Source: Geosiphon pyriformis uo1 (Eukaryota; Fungi; Glomeromycota). From it: a stretch of DNA of 64,000 nt. This document shows, in pieces, positions 42,001 to 53,941 of the stretch (positions within the stretch are counted from its first letter, which is position 1; each line of letters begins with the position of its first letter). The position numbers and the translations under genes are program-made. The stretch is from NCBI GenBank assembly GCA_016748015.1, contig JAAOMT010000521.1, positions 218,907 to 282,906 of the forward strand. The letters run 5' to 3'. A model generated the notes under the pieces. It worked only from the letters and a program-made list of their open reading frames with translations. It was not told the DNA's origin and made no database searches.

Positions 42001-45000
42001 CTGCAAGCCAGAGAGATCCTATCTGAAAGAATCTTGGAGAGAATTTTGCAGGCTGTTTCAATCAAAGCTATAGGACAGGTGTTTGTGAGAACTCCCTCCC
42101 ATTTATATGGTTTAGGAATTATTGAAACCCAAGCTTCTCTTCAAGGCTCAGGAACCGATTCACCAACCAAACAGAAATTCAAGAGCACCAAAAGCATATC
42201 TAAAACAGATTTGTCACAATGTTTCCATAATTCGTTAAAGATACCAGAAAGACCAGCCACTTTTCTATCAGGAAGATCCTTAACAACAGCTGACAACTCA
42301 TCAAAACTAATCGAACACATAACATCAGAGAAAGCACCATCAAACACATAATCCAGAGGCCGATATTGACGAATCCAATCTCCAGATAAGTCAGACACCA
42401 CCTTACATCTTCTGGTCCATCCCTCCATAATTTCATCCACCTTAGACTTAACCAAACCAGGCTCTAAAATCAACTCATTTTCTACAACCAGATGATCTAG
42501 AACCACCTTGCAAAAAGGACGCTCCAAAACACTCCTAATGGTGTGACTCTTGTTCAGCTCAAAATTCTCTATTTTCTTACTAATAGCCTGTTTGATCGAA
42601 GATTTTTCAGCACGCCTGGATTCCAATAATTTGAAAAAGCAGTACAATTTCCTTGCTTTGGCCAGCACAGAACAAATAAGATCAAAATTAGATCCTGAAA
42701 GAAACAGAGACTTGACCACCGATGCACCAAAGGAGTCAAGTCTGTGCCACACCTCCAACAAAGAAGCAAAACCATCACTAGAAACCAAACGCGAAGCCTT
42801 GACCAACTTAGAAACCAGCAGCTCCAGCTTATGAAACCTAGAAGAAGTCTTGGTAAATACGCTGTCAAAATCTTTGAACCATTTTTTCTTAAATGTATCA
42901 CTCACTGAAAGAACCATAATCTTGCGAACAATGTCCCATATAACGTCCACATCCAAAAATCTCACTGCCACGCCAAAAGCATCCAAAAACATAGAGACAT
43001 TAGCAGCTAAAGCATCCTTGAACTCCAATCACTTAGCTTTATTGGCATCTTTGACGTTAAACTTCCAACGATCTCTATTCACTTGCTTGCGAAGAGAATT
43101 TAAATGCGTGTTCAAGAGTTCACCCAAACCCAAATCCACTGAAACAGCTTGATGGTCCATGTTAAAATGCCCACTGATATTCAAAACTTCACAATGCACT
43201 ATTGCATTAACAAGACTTGAGGAGACAAACACGTAATCAATTGTTTTTTTAACACCCCTAGAATTTTCTCAAGTGGGCATTTTCGCCACTGGGCTACTGA
43301 CCAAAGAATTGACCAGACCCAAATCAAAGCATTTTTTGAAACTTGCACTTTTATGAGAACCATCCTCATTAAAATCACCCCCGAGAACGACAAAAGAAGA
43401 TTCATTAACAGCCTTTGCAATAAGAGAGTTAATCTTATCAGCTTGAGAAAACCACACCACCGAAGAAGCACCAGCGTAGAGCCCCAGAATTGACACCGAA
43501 AGCTTATTCTTAAAGAGTAATCTAACAGACAGAAGCCAGCCAGGCACTTCAGAAACTTTGCATACATGTCTTGCCAAAGAAGAATCCATTACAACTGCCA
43601 CACCAGCACTCAGATATCCAGAATCCAAACCAGAGGTAAACACCCGAACACCATCAAACTTGTTGATAATCCAGGAACAAACCCTATCTTTCAACTTTGT
43701 TTCAGTAAAAATAGAAACTAAATTGCCCATGTCCTTGTACCAATAAACTATATCTTCCTGTTTCGCAGAAATGTTCATGCTCCGAACATTACATGTAACA
43801 ATCTTCCAAATCAAACTGGTCATTGAGAAGATGAGAGAACTGAAGAACCCAAACCAGAACACAACATATTCAATCTAGCCAAAACTGAGCCAACTGATGC
43901 ATCCAAAACCATCAACTTTGACTCTAAACCACCAACCTTGGCAGTCAGAACCTTCGAATGACTGGAACCAAAATTAGGACTAGTATCATCAATAGTTGGG
44001 CAAAGAAAAGGAGATGTTGCCAATGGAACATCCAGTGCCATATCCAAATCCATGCATGAGGCCAGAAAAGCAGACGCAACAGGATGGGAGATGAGAGAAG
44101 AAGACACCGAAGATACCACTTCAATACAGCCCAGTTTTTTCACAATGGCAGAAACTCGGTCTGTCAAAAGCTCCAAAGAGCATTCCAAAGACGCCATCCA
44201 ATTGCACAAACCAGAGATATCAAAAGGGGAGGATACTACTGAGACAGATTCAGCACCGAAATTTGCACCAACACCAGAAGGACCTGAAGGAACCACACGA
44301 GAAGGAGGGCCACCAGCAACTTGGGCCCATGTCTTGCCACCAAAGGAAACTGGGTGAGCGATAGGAGCCTGCTTTTTCTTATATACATTAGTCAGACAAA
44401 CTCAATCTTGAGAAGTTACCACCCACTTACTGCGAGCACCAGAATTTTTACCCATAGAACAAACACCAGAAACATGACCAAACTGTTTACACACTACACA
44501 ACAGGCCAAAGAGAGACCAGCCCAACGCAAACTCGCACCCTTAAAAACTGGAACTGAACCAATAGCAGCCAACTTGGACGTCTTACTTTCAAAACAAATC
44601 ACAGCACACCAATCACAAACATATGAAGTTGGATTACAGCCAATATAACAAGTTCTCCCACCATAAGCCTCCACTAATCCAGACAAATCATGGGTGGTGA
44701 TGCCAACTGGAAGAGTGTAAAGCAATGCCTGATGGTGATCCCTATATATTCATGTTTGTTTATCAATACTTGCCTTTGCCATGCGAACAGAATCCTTTCC
44801 CATAAGCACAAACCATCTAGCTGTGACCAAATCAGCTATCTTAGATGATTCATATTCCATTAGAGCCTTTTGCCAAAGACCAATAAGCTGCACTTTGATT
44901 GAAATGATCTTGCCAAACTTGGAGAACACTGCCTCAATCGCTGATTTAGAAAGATCCACTGGGATTTCCTTGATGATCACTTCCCAATCTGAACGGCTGT

Positions 45001-45890
45001 TTACTTTTCTTAGATCATCATTTACCAAAATTTTTTCACTGATTGCCATCTCCCTTGCCTTAATCAAACTTTTTTCAGATGTAAATAATGATCTTATTAT
45101 TCCTGGAAATTTTGAGGGAGTCGAAGCTCCCCCAAATCCATCAATTTGATAAAAGATTTTTTTCACAGCCATTAATTTGTCAATATCTGTCTTTCCAGGC
45201 ACTGCCGAAATCTCAATATCTAAGGCAAATGATTTAACTAGTTCAAAATTTCTATTTTTCATGACACGTGACTTAACTGCCAGCAAGCGCTTGGAACCAG
45301 AGAATTTCGGGGATGGAAGTATTATGGCGTCCTCATCATTACTTATTTTGTTAAAAGCAGGAGGTTTTGGCGGTTGGCTCAGCATGTAAGTCACAGTCCT
45401 TGTCATCCTTGGAATGACATCGTTTACCATATCGTTAGTGTTCAAGGCATTTAAATCCACATAACTCATTTCCTCTGCAACCATGTTTTTTAAGTTTTCC
45501 ATATCTGAGATCTCGCTGACACTATTACTGTTGCTTTCCACATTACTGCCCCAGGATTTCTTACGTTCTATTCTGTCAGCACCCAAAATGCCTATAGAGA
45601 GAGAACCAGCTGACGAATCCACCATCCTCTCAGTGACTTCAGGCTTTCTTGGCTTCTTGTATGACGCACCACAAGAGTGGACACCCTCAACATGCTTCTT
45701 GCTTCTAATGCCAGACCAGGTCTCCAACCCAGTCAAACCAGACCCAGAACCATCAGCAAAAGAGCTTGCCGGTTCCATAGCAGTGAACAAAAAGGTATTG
45801 AAAGAAATAACGAAAAAACAAAAAGGGAAAAGAGAAAAGGGAAGCGTATTTCTCTGGCTATTCAATGCTTTCATTGTGACTAGGGGATCA
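39002..45890 (-). mobile_element. Near full-length, decayed non-LTR retrotransposon (LINE) with RNase H
   Basis: Poly(A) tail (T run 39002-39019). ORF1 (about 45778-43820) has an RRM-like region and a CxxCxxxGHxxxxC knuckle. ORF2 (43823-39138) has APE (TCNVR, TETKL, GGDFN, IDY), RT (MRKAYD, GLDQGEV, FVDNT), RNase H (YTDGS, ELQAI, SDSQAA, VKGHS..GNERAD) and a C-terminal CLFC..ETLDHVFLC. Many stops; the 5' boundary is approximate. Confidence 0.93.
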
Positions 45891-46804
45891 ATGAAAGAAA
45901 AATAATTCTTAATTTATGATTAAAAATAAAATACTAAAAAAAAAACTTTTTTTTTTATACATTCTAAATTTCTTAAAAAGTTAAATTTTAAATAAAGTTT
46001 TTTTGTTTTTTTATATATTTTAAGTTAATGATTTTATATTATTTTTTTTGAATATAAAACTGCTATTAATAGTTTAATTATAAAAAAAAAAAAAAATTTG
46101 GTATTAATTTAACTATTATAGATTTGGCTATTAAAAAAAAACAAAAGAATAAAATCTTAAAAAAATTTAATATATTGGTGTTTTTATACTTTTGATTACT
46201 TATTTAATTGGTAAATTAATTGGTTTAAATGTTAAAAATACTATAAAATTTAAGAACATAATATAAAAAAATAATACTTAATAAAAAAAACCAATTTTTA
46301 ATTTAATAATAAAAATAAAACTGATTTTAAAAATATAAATTTAATTCTTAAAGATCTATAAATAATTATGAAACATATTTTTAAAAAGCTTTTTAGTAAA
46401 ATAAATTATAGTTTTAATAATAATAATATTCTGAATAAATTTACTTCTTTTTTCTTTTTTTAAAAAATTTTAATCAATATTTTGTTTATAAATTATTTGT
46501 TTTAAATATTAATTTTTTAATAATTAATAAGAATTTATTTCAAAATAAAGTAAAATTTATTAAAAAATTATTTTTAAGTATCAATAATTTTGAAAGAATT
46601 TTTATCTTTTTAAAATTTAATAAAATTATTTATATTATATTTATTTTTAAATCTAGTATAATTAAAGTGATAAATTTGACAAAAAATATTAATATAATAA
46701 TAAATAACAATTTTAAATATTCAATAAATAATTATATAAATCAAACTGTAATAATTAAAAAAAATTTAATAAAAACAACTAAAATAACTGTATATATTAT
46801 ATAG

Positions 46805-47051
46805 ATTTTTTTATTACTTTTAATGAGTGAGATCCAAACACTATTTAGTACAATACATCATACAAGTAATTTAAACTAGGTGTAAATCATGTATTTTCTA
46901 TATATCACCAGCCATTTAGGCTAGTCAAAACAACACTAAGTGTCTATATAAACCAAAATCTTACTATTCAAACCCGAAAAAAACCTAAAAAATTTACATA
47001 ACTTAAAACTAACACCAAAAGCATCAACAAAAAATGACAAAAAAAGCTCAG
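46805..47051 (-). mobile_element. 3' end of a second, older LINE copy (left of the Gypsy insertion)
   Basis: Aligns to 39010-39260, for example ttaatgagtgagatccaaacac..catcatacaa..tttaaactaggtg. Confidence 0.8.
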
Positions 47052-48081
47052 TGTTACACGAGTAGAAAAATCAATCCAAAGTTATGAAGAAACATGACCA
47101 AAACGTGACATAACACAGAATAATGCGCAATAACATTGGATAATGCGTTATAATGTTGGATAACGTGTTATAATGCAGGATAACACAAAATAACATGTAA
47201 TAACGTCAGATAATGTGTTATAACATAGGATAACTAGCGATAACGTAGAAAAACGAAACAATAACAGAAACAACAAAGCAATAGCTAGTAATAGCGAGAC
47301 AATTGAAAGCAATCCTGTAAAACCAAAAGAATGTATAAAAGCAAGTAGTTATAGAAGTGAGAAAAGAGAAAGAAGAAAAAAATAGATATGAACCTCTAGA
47401 CCAGAAATTAAAATATCCATACCTCTTCATCCTTTATTATCTTCCCTATTTCATCTTCTGAAATAAAATAATTATTAAAAGAAATCAGAATCACGAATTC
47501 ATGTTCTCAAACTTTGTGAAATTTACGTAAATTAACTCTTGTCTCATACCTCTGTTCTAGAACAGATGCTCTTAGCATAACCGCCTCGAACCTATTAACA
47601 ATTTGGATCAATTGCTTTTGATCATGGCAATTGATGATACTAATTTATCTTTTCTCTCTTTTCTTTTTTTTTTTTCTTTTTTTGTCTTATTTTTTGTGGA
47701 GCGGCAACATAGTAAAATCAACTATCTGGGAATAGACTTCGTGATAGCCTGATAAAAGAGAGAAGCTTCCCCTAAGTTTTGGATATTAACATTATCTTGT
47801 TAGCTTACCAGAAGAGCAAAAAGACAACACCAGACCCTAACGACTGCGCTTGTTAGTTCAGAGAAGAAAGCTCATATTTATGAAAAATATTGCAATCGAC
47901 AAAAAACAAACTCTGTGCCTTATAACCAAAGAACTCAACAGGTAAAATTCACATCCAGGAATAGACCTTCAGAGACTGATAATCAAGACTAAGCCAACAG
48001 AATTATGCAGAAAACACATCATCAATAATTGAGAGCACCAAACGTTATTATTTCCTATACCCACCAAGTTTACCCGTAACA
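47052..48081 (+). repeat. 5' LTR of element A (1030 bp)
   Basis: Direct repeat of 56139-57231. Contains a 10-bp array (47111-47250), TATAAAA at 47334-47340 and AATAAA near 47462. Confidence 0.95.
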
Positions 48082-48100
48082 TTTGGTGCTCCCTGTAAGG
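48082..48100 (+). promoter_or_regulatory. Primer-binding site of element A
   Basis: tt-TGGTGCTCCCTGTAAGG directly after the terminal CA of the LTR. Confidence 0.85.
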
Positions 48101-48143
48101 TTATAAATCCACAGAAACAGAGCACTCCCAAAAATACATAAAA

Positions 48144-51100
48144 GTGGCGACTATTGAAACAATAGGAAAGGACCACTCCTTGTATGGAAAAACACTATTT
48201 CAATACTTTCGAAAAGACCTAGGAATACCAGCAGGAACCACTTACACAGAAAGTGATTTTTGTAACTATATCAACGCAAAAATCGACTGCTTGTTAGACT
48301 GCACAACTGATACAGGAGGACTTGGAGAACAAATTCATCAAAGCTTACTAGGGTACTCAACAGCCACGACTACTCAAGCAATTGCTGAAACTCTGCGCAT
48401 AATTGATACAAACATTAAATATTACGTGGCACAACGATTCCCTCAAGTACAACAACCAGTGGAATCTGACTCTAAGGAATACGAAAATGAATCCAACAAC
48501 CTTGTAACTGTCCAAGTCAAGTCCACAGTTAACAAGAAACCAAGAGTTCTCTCCCCAACAACTCCATCATACCATCAGACAGCCCAAAGTAGAATTGTAT
48601 TCAACCCACCCTTGGAAACCCAGTCGGAAATACCACGAACTCCTAGAAATCCACACCCTTGAAATCAACACAGTTGGACCAAATCACTAGGAGAATATGG
48701 ATTGCTGTTTGGAAATCTTACCCCAGCAGCCGGTCAAACAAAAGGAAACCCGTCAACTTAGGAACAGCCACCAGCACAAAACCTAGCAGAATCAGCATCT
48801 CCCCTGATGGAAGAAACAGCTATCTTACAACCTATTGGTTCAAGTGACAAAAAAAAGCAACCAGCATTAGCACCCAGAGAACACTCAAATACGCGGACAC
48901 TAATCCTTTTAAACATAACCAGTAACACCCCACCCATTAATCAGATTATGGCTTACCGGGATATCGCTAAATTGGAAAAATTCTCTGGTAAAGAAGATAA
49001 TGCATATTCTTGGATCGCGGATGCCGAGAAAGCAATTACCACTAATGGTTGGAATGACAACCACACAGTTTAGGCACTGCCATTCTTTCTGACCAGAACC
49101 ACCAATTCATGATACCGGAGTCTGGCAAAAAAGCCTACCTCCTTTACCGAGTTTAAACTTGCATTTCTGCAATACTTCTGTGACCCCAATACATTAATCC
49201 GATTGCAGAATCAATTCAGCATAATTAAACAAAAAGATCATGAAGCAGTAACTACTTATTTTGGACGATTCAATCAAATCTTGCGTCAAATATTAGCTAT
49301 CGAAAGGGACTACTACACTACGGCGCAAGTTCTTAATCAATTCATTAAAAGATTGCAGAGTAGTATTCTAAGATCTGTAAGACTCCGCCATCCGACCAGT
49401 TTACAAGACGCCGTCACTCTTACTCACAATTTTGAGTCTGCAAAACAAGAAGTGAACCATACCCAAGCCATTAATTTAGCTATTAACAGAACCTCTAATA
49501 TCAATGCAAAGATAACCCAATTGAGTGAAAAACTAACTCAGAAAATTGAGGGATTCTTAGCTGGAACTACAGGAACTTACCAACCACTCCAATGGAGAGA
49601 AAATAACAACAACAGCAGATACTCACAGCAACAGAACCATCAGCAACAGCAACAACCTTGGAGATCCGATCCCTGCAACTGCTACTACTGGCAGAAACCT
49701 AGACACATTGCCCATGACTGCAGAAAGAAGATCATAGACCAAAATCAAGGAAACCCATACCAGCAACCAGATATCAGTAAAACATGATACCCCAATATTC
49801 TATACCTTAGAATCAACCGCCCCTATATGCACAACAAGTTCCATACACTCAACCACTGTCTCAGAATTATTATCAACCACCACCAATGACACAAGCAATC
49901 TTTCACTATCAAACTTCCCTTTATAGTCTGTCCAGACCTCAAGCTATAGACTATAATCAGGGATGGAGAAATTCCAACAACAATCAGGTGCAAACCAACA
50001 GTAGACTATCTTAACCAATCCCTCATAGTCCTGCCCAATTTCGACCAACACCAACTGGATATCCGAATCAAGCTTCCTATCTCGGTCTTATGGAAGACCA
50101 GGGTTTTGATAAATCTACACCTGTGGAAGAGGGGAATATAGAACAAATCTCCCAATCTTCCAAGCAAACAAAAAGCAATATCCTACCAGCCACTATTACT
50201 GAAGACACCACTCTAGCCACTATATTTTCTTTTGACATCAATAATTTGAACACACATAGCCTTTTTAGTGGAGCAGCCATCAATCAGGATAAACCAATAA
50301 CAGCCCTATATACCAATGCCAGAGTCGGAGGAATAGACATTAAATTAATTCTGAATAGCATATCAGCCGGTAGCATAATCACAAAGCAGCTCATGGACCA
50401 ACTAGGTCGCTGAGTAGACTGTGCTACTACTGTCTGGATCATTACAGCGGATGGGAACACAAAAACCCAATAGGAAAAATTGACAACTTCCCCTTCAAGA
50501 TTAATGGAATCCAAATCCCTACCAAAGTACTCATCATAGAAGCTACTCAATATCAAGCTCTAATAAAAAATGACTGGTTGTCAAAAGCCAATGCTACTCT
50601 CGACTGGAACACCTAAGAACTTCAACTCACGTTTAATGGACAGCATGCCCAAGTCCCAGCTACATGCAGACACTTTAAAAACCAACATACCGAAGAACCT
50701 CTTATTGAATTCGAAGACACATTAATGCCACCAACCATCAAGACCTATCAGGTTTCATGGACAGATGATTATCGAACTGAACTACCTCCACCACCAACCT
50801 GGAAAAAAAAAAGAAAAGGCAGAGCCGAAGAAAAACCCCAATCGTCATTACTAGGATATGTAATCTTGGACCAAAGAAACTTATTTTACCAACTCCCAAG
50901 ACTAATATGTGTCGATTGTGGGAAAAAACTATCCACTATGGGTGCATGTATCGGGGACAACAAAGAATGGCCCACCACCACCAAATACTATTGCAGGCCT
51001 TGTTTACTGAAAAGATTTGGACGACCAAAATGACAAGGCAAGTGGAACCACATGCCATGTCTCGCATGTGGCGAAATTCTGCCAGATGAAGGACTCTGGA

Positions 51101-53931
51101 ATGATGTGCCTGGCAGAGGAGGAACATGCGACAAGGCTTGTTAATACACCATATTAATCAACAATTGGGTATGGAAGGGAACTCCCATCGAGGACACTTG
51201 GAAACAAGCACTCAACAGGCTAGACAGTTATCCACATGATGACCACGAAATCTGGAGAATAGCAAGCGCCAAAGCTGAAGGTGCCATGACCAAAGAAATA
51301 CGAGAAATTAAGGACAACCCTTAGACACCCAAATATACTGGACCCAACTACCCTGAGGATGATTTCTTCACAGATGACCCAGATGCATTTCAGAACCAAT
51401 ATCAGGAATTGGCCCCGACTCGTGAGGAACAGGAGCAAAGGTTGGCCGATTTGAATACTAAACTATGTGATCACTGTTTGATCCCCTGTTACTTCCAGTA
51501 CTGCGATAAATGTGATCTCATGTTCAATCCACCTCCAAAAATACTGTTTCCAATCACCGAACTACCTGAACCTGAAGAAGAGGTATTGATCACCGAGAAC
51601 ATGTCGTTTCAAGATCCAACTGAGGATACTGAAACAGAACAGTATTTCACGTATTCTGACCTCTCCAAAGAACTAGAGCTAAAATAGTACAGTGACAACA
51701 AGGAAGGAATCTGCTCTGAAAAAGCGCATGACACTGATGCTGGTTTCGACCTATAATATCCTGGACAATTACCCATCATTATAGCCCCACATTCCCTCGT
51801 AAAAATAGATCTTAAGATAGTGTTAGAAATTTCTGTTAATACAATAGTACAAGTTGTCTCTCAATTTAGTCTAGCCAAGAAAAAAATTGACATAAAAGGA
51901 GAAATCATTGATGCTGGTTACATGGAAAACATCATTGTGATGCTACAGAACAATTCGAACAGACTCTACAAAATAGAATTACAAGAAAAAATTGCCCAAG
52001 CTATTTTCTTATCCCTAGTCAAAATACCCCAATTAACCCCAGTAACAACCCAAGAAGAGTTAGACTTCACTGCCCAAGAAATCAACAGGTTTGGATCAAG
52101 TAAAAAAGGAAACATACCAGTTAATTTCACAGAGGAAGACAGTAACCAGATAGAATTTATCCACACTGACACCATTATCTCCATTTCCCCATACTGACAA
52201 TACATCCTCAAGGTGAATCGAAAGATCAAAAATTAAGCCTTATTATTCGAAGCCAGTTCCAAAATCTGTTCCTTAGCCAATGTTGCTAATCTATACCTAC
52301 CAGCCAAAGCCCATAAACACTTCAAAATTCCCATCCACAACCCAACAGAAGATGTTATTAAAATCCTCAAAGAGACCCTCGTCAGTTCCATATCCGCAGA
52401 TAGTCAGAATCCTAAAAAACCCCAATTCATTCCAGATTTCACACAATTATTCTTATTCTGTGACATTACCTCACAAGTATGGAATTTGCCAAAAGAAAGT
52501 TACTTGTTCACATCAGAAGAGATCAATAAATTGAATTTAGGAAATTTAAGTACCCTGCAACAAATGCAATTCAAAGTCCTTCTGAATCAGTATGCCAATG
52601 TCTTTGCTAGCGAAAATGAGTTCGGATGCACTGACATCATGAAGCATCAGATTGATACAGGAAACACTCGACCAATTAAGCAACAAACTTATCGCATACT
52701 CCCATCTGGCAATAACTTAATTAAGCAAGAAATGCAATGGATGCTTGATAATGGCCTAATCAAAAAATCGTTAAGCCCTTGGTCCTCGCCAGTAGTCTTA
52801 GTCACCAAGAAAAATGGAAAAGTGCAATTCTGTGTAGATTATCGAAAACTAAATAGCATCATGTGAGGAGATAGTTATCCCACTCCTTTTATTCAGGAAA
52901 TTCTGGACAATCTAGGGAAAAAGAAATAGTTCTTGTTATTAGATTTAGCAAGTGGTTACTGGCAAGTTGAAATAGACTTCAAAGACAAAAAAAAAACAGC
53001 GTTTACCACTCAAGACGGAAACTTCAAGTTTAACATAATGCCTTTTGGACTTTGTAATGCTCCTGCCACATTTCAACGCCTGATGGATGTAGTATACAAA
53101 GGAATCCTTTGGAAATCAGTAGTAGTCTATCTAGACAACACAAATGTGTTCTCCAAAACATTCAAAGACCATCTGCTTCACCTGCAACAAGTCTTTGAAT
53201 GCCTTCATAGTGCTGGATTGGAACTCAATCTCAAGAAGTGCTTCTTTGGAAAAACCGAGTTAAAATTCCTAGAACATGTAATTGGCAAGGACGGAGTTAA
53301 ACCCAATCCAGATAAAGTACAAAAAGTCAAGGATTTTCTAGCCCCAATCAACCTCAGAGAATTACAAGGATTTCTAGGATTAGCAGGATATTATCGTCAA
53401 TTTGTTAAAGGTTTCTCAAATATCACAAAACCACTCCATCAATTGTTGTTCAAATACATACCATACTTGTGGAAGGAAGATCAACAGAGAGCATTTGACT
53501 ATCTCAAGCAGTGATTGATCACATCCCCAATCCTGATTTATCCAGATTTCACTAAACAGTTCATTGTTGCTACGGATGCCTTGAAAAATGCTCTAGGAGC
53601 AGTCTTATCACAGATAGAACCAGACAATAGAGAACACTCAGTTGTTTACACTAGTTGCAGCACTAGCCCAGCAGAAAAGAATTACAGCACAACAGATCTG
53701 GAATGTCTTGCCATTTATTGGGCCATACAGACTTGGAAACATTACCTCAGTCAACCATTTGACCTATATACCGACCACAAAGGACTTATTTGATTACTCA
53801 ACAATCCACAACTAGAAGGAAAATATGCGAGATGGAGTACTTATCTACAATAATTCCCACTCAAAGTCTATTACAAGGAAGGATCCAAGAACACCAATGC
53901 TGACAGTTTGTCAAGGATGCCACAAACCTAA
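48144..53931 (+). pseudogene. gag-PR-Cys-rich-dUTPase-RT-RNase H polyprotein of element A (stops and two apparent 1-bp deletions)
   Basis: Successive ORF-track fragments are collinear with element B; the frame ends NADSLSRMPQT*. Confidence 0.85.
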
Positions 53932-53941
53932 TTCCAGACCC

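Noticed and set aside
39198-45905. Numerous + strand ORFs over the LINE, and antisense ORFs over the Sel1, DOHH and Gypsy sequences
   Set aside because: These are shadow frames of real coding sequence on the opposite strand or in another frame, with no independent motifs.
38980-45930. Target-site duplication of the full-length LINE
   Set aside because: The flanks are low-complexity A/T sequence and no convincing direct repeat could be identified by eye.
47111-47250. Regularly spaced repeats here and at 57722-57905 as a CRISPR-like array
   Set aside because: The units are contiguous 8-10-mers without unique spacers, lie inside LTRs, and the context is eukaryotic with no cas genes.
47804-48081. 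U5 as a continuous coding extension of gag in element A
   Set aside because: Stops in the frames examined are shared by both LTRs, so they predate insertion.
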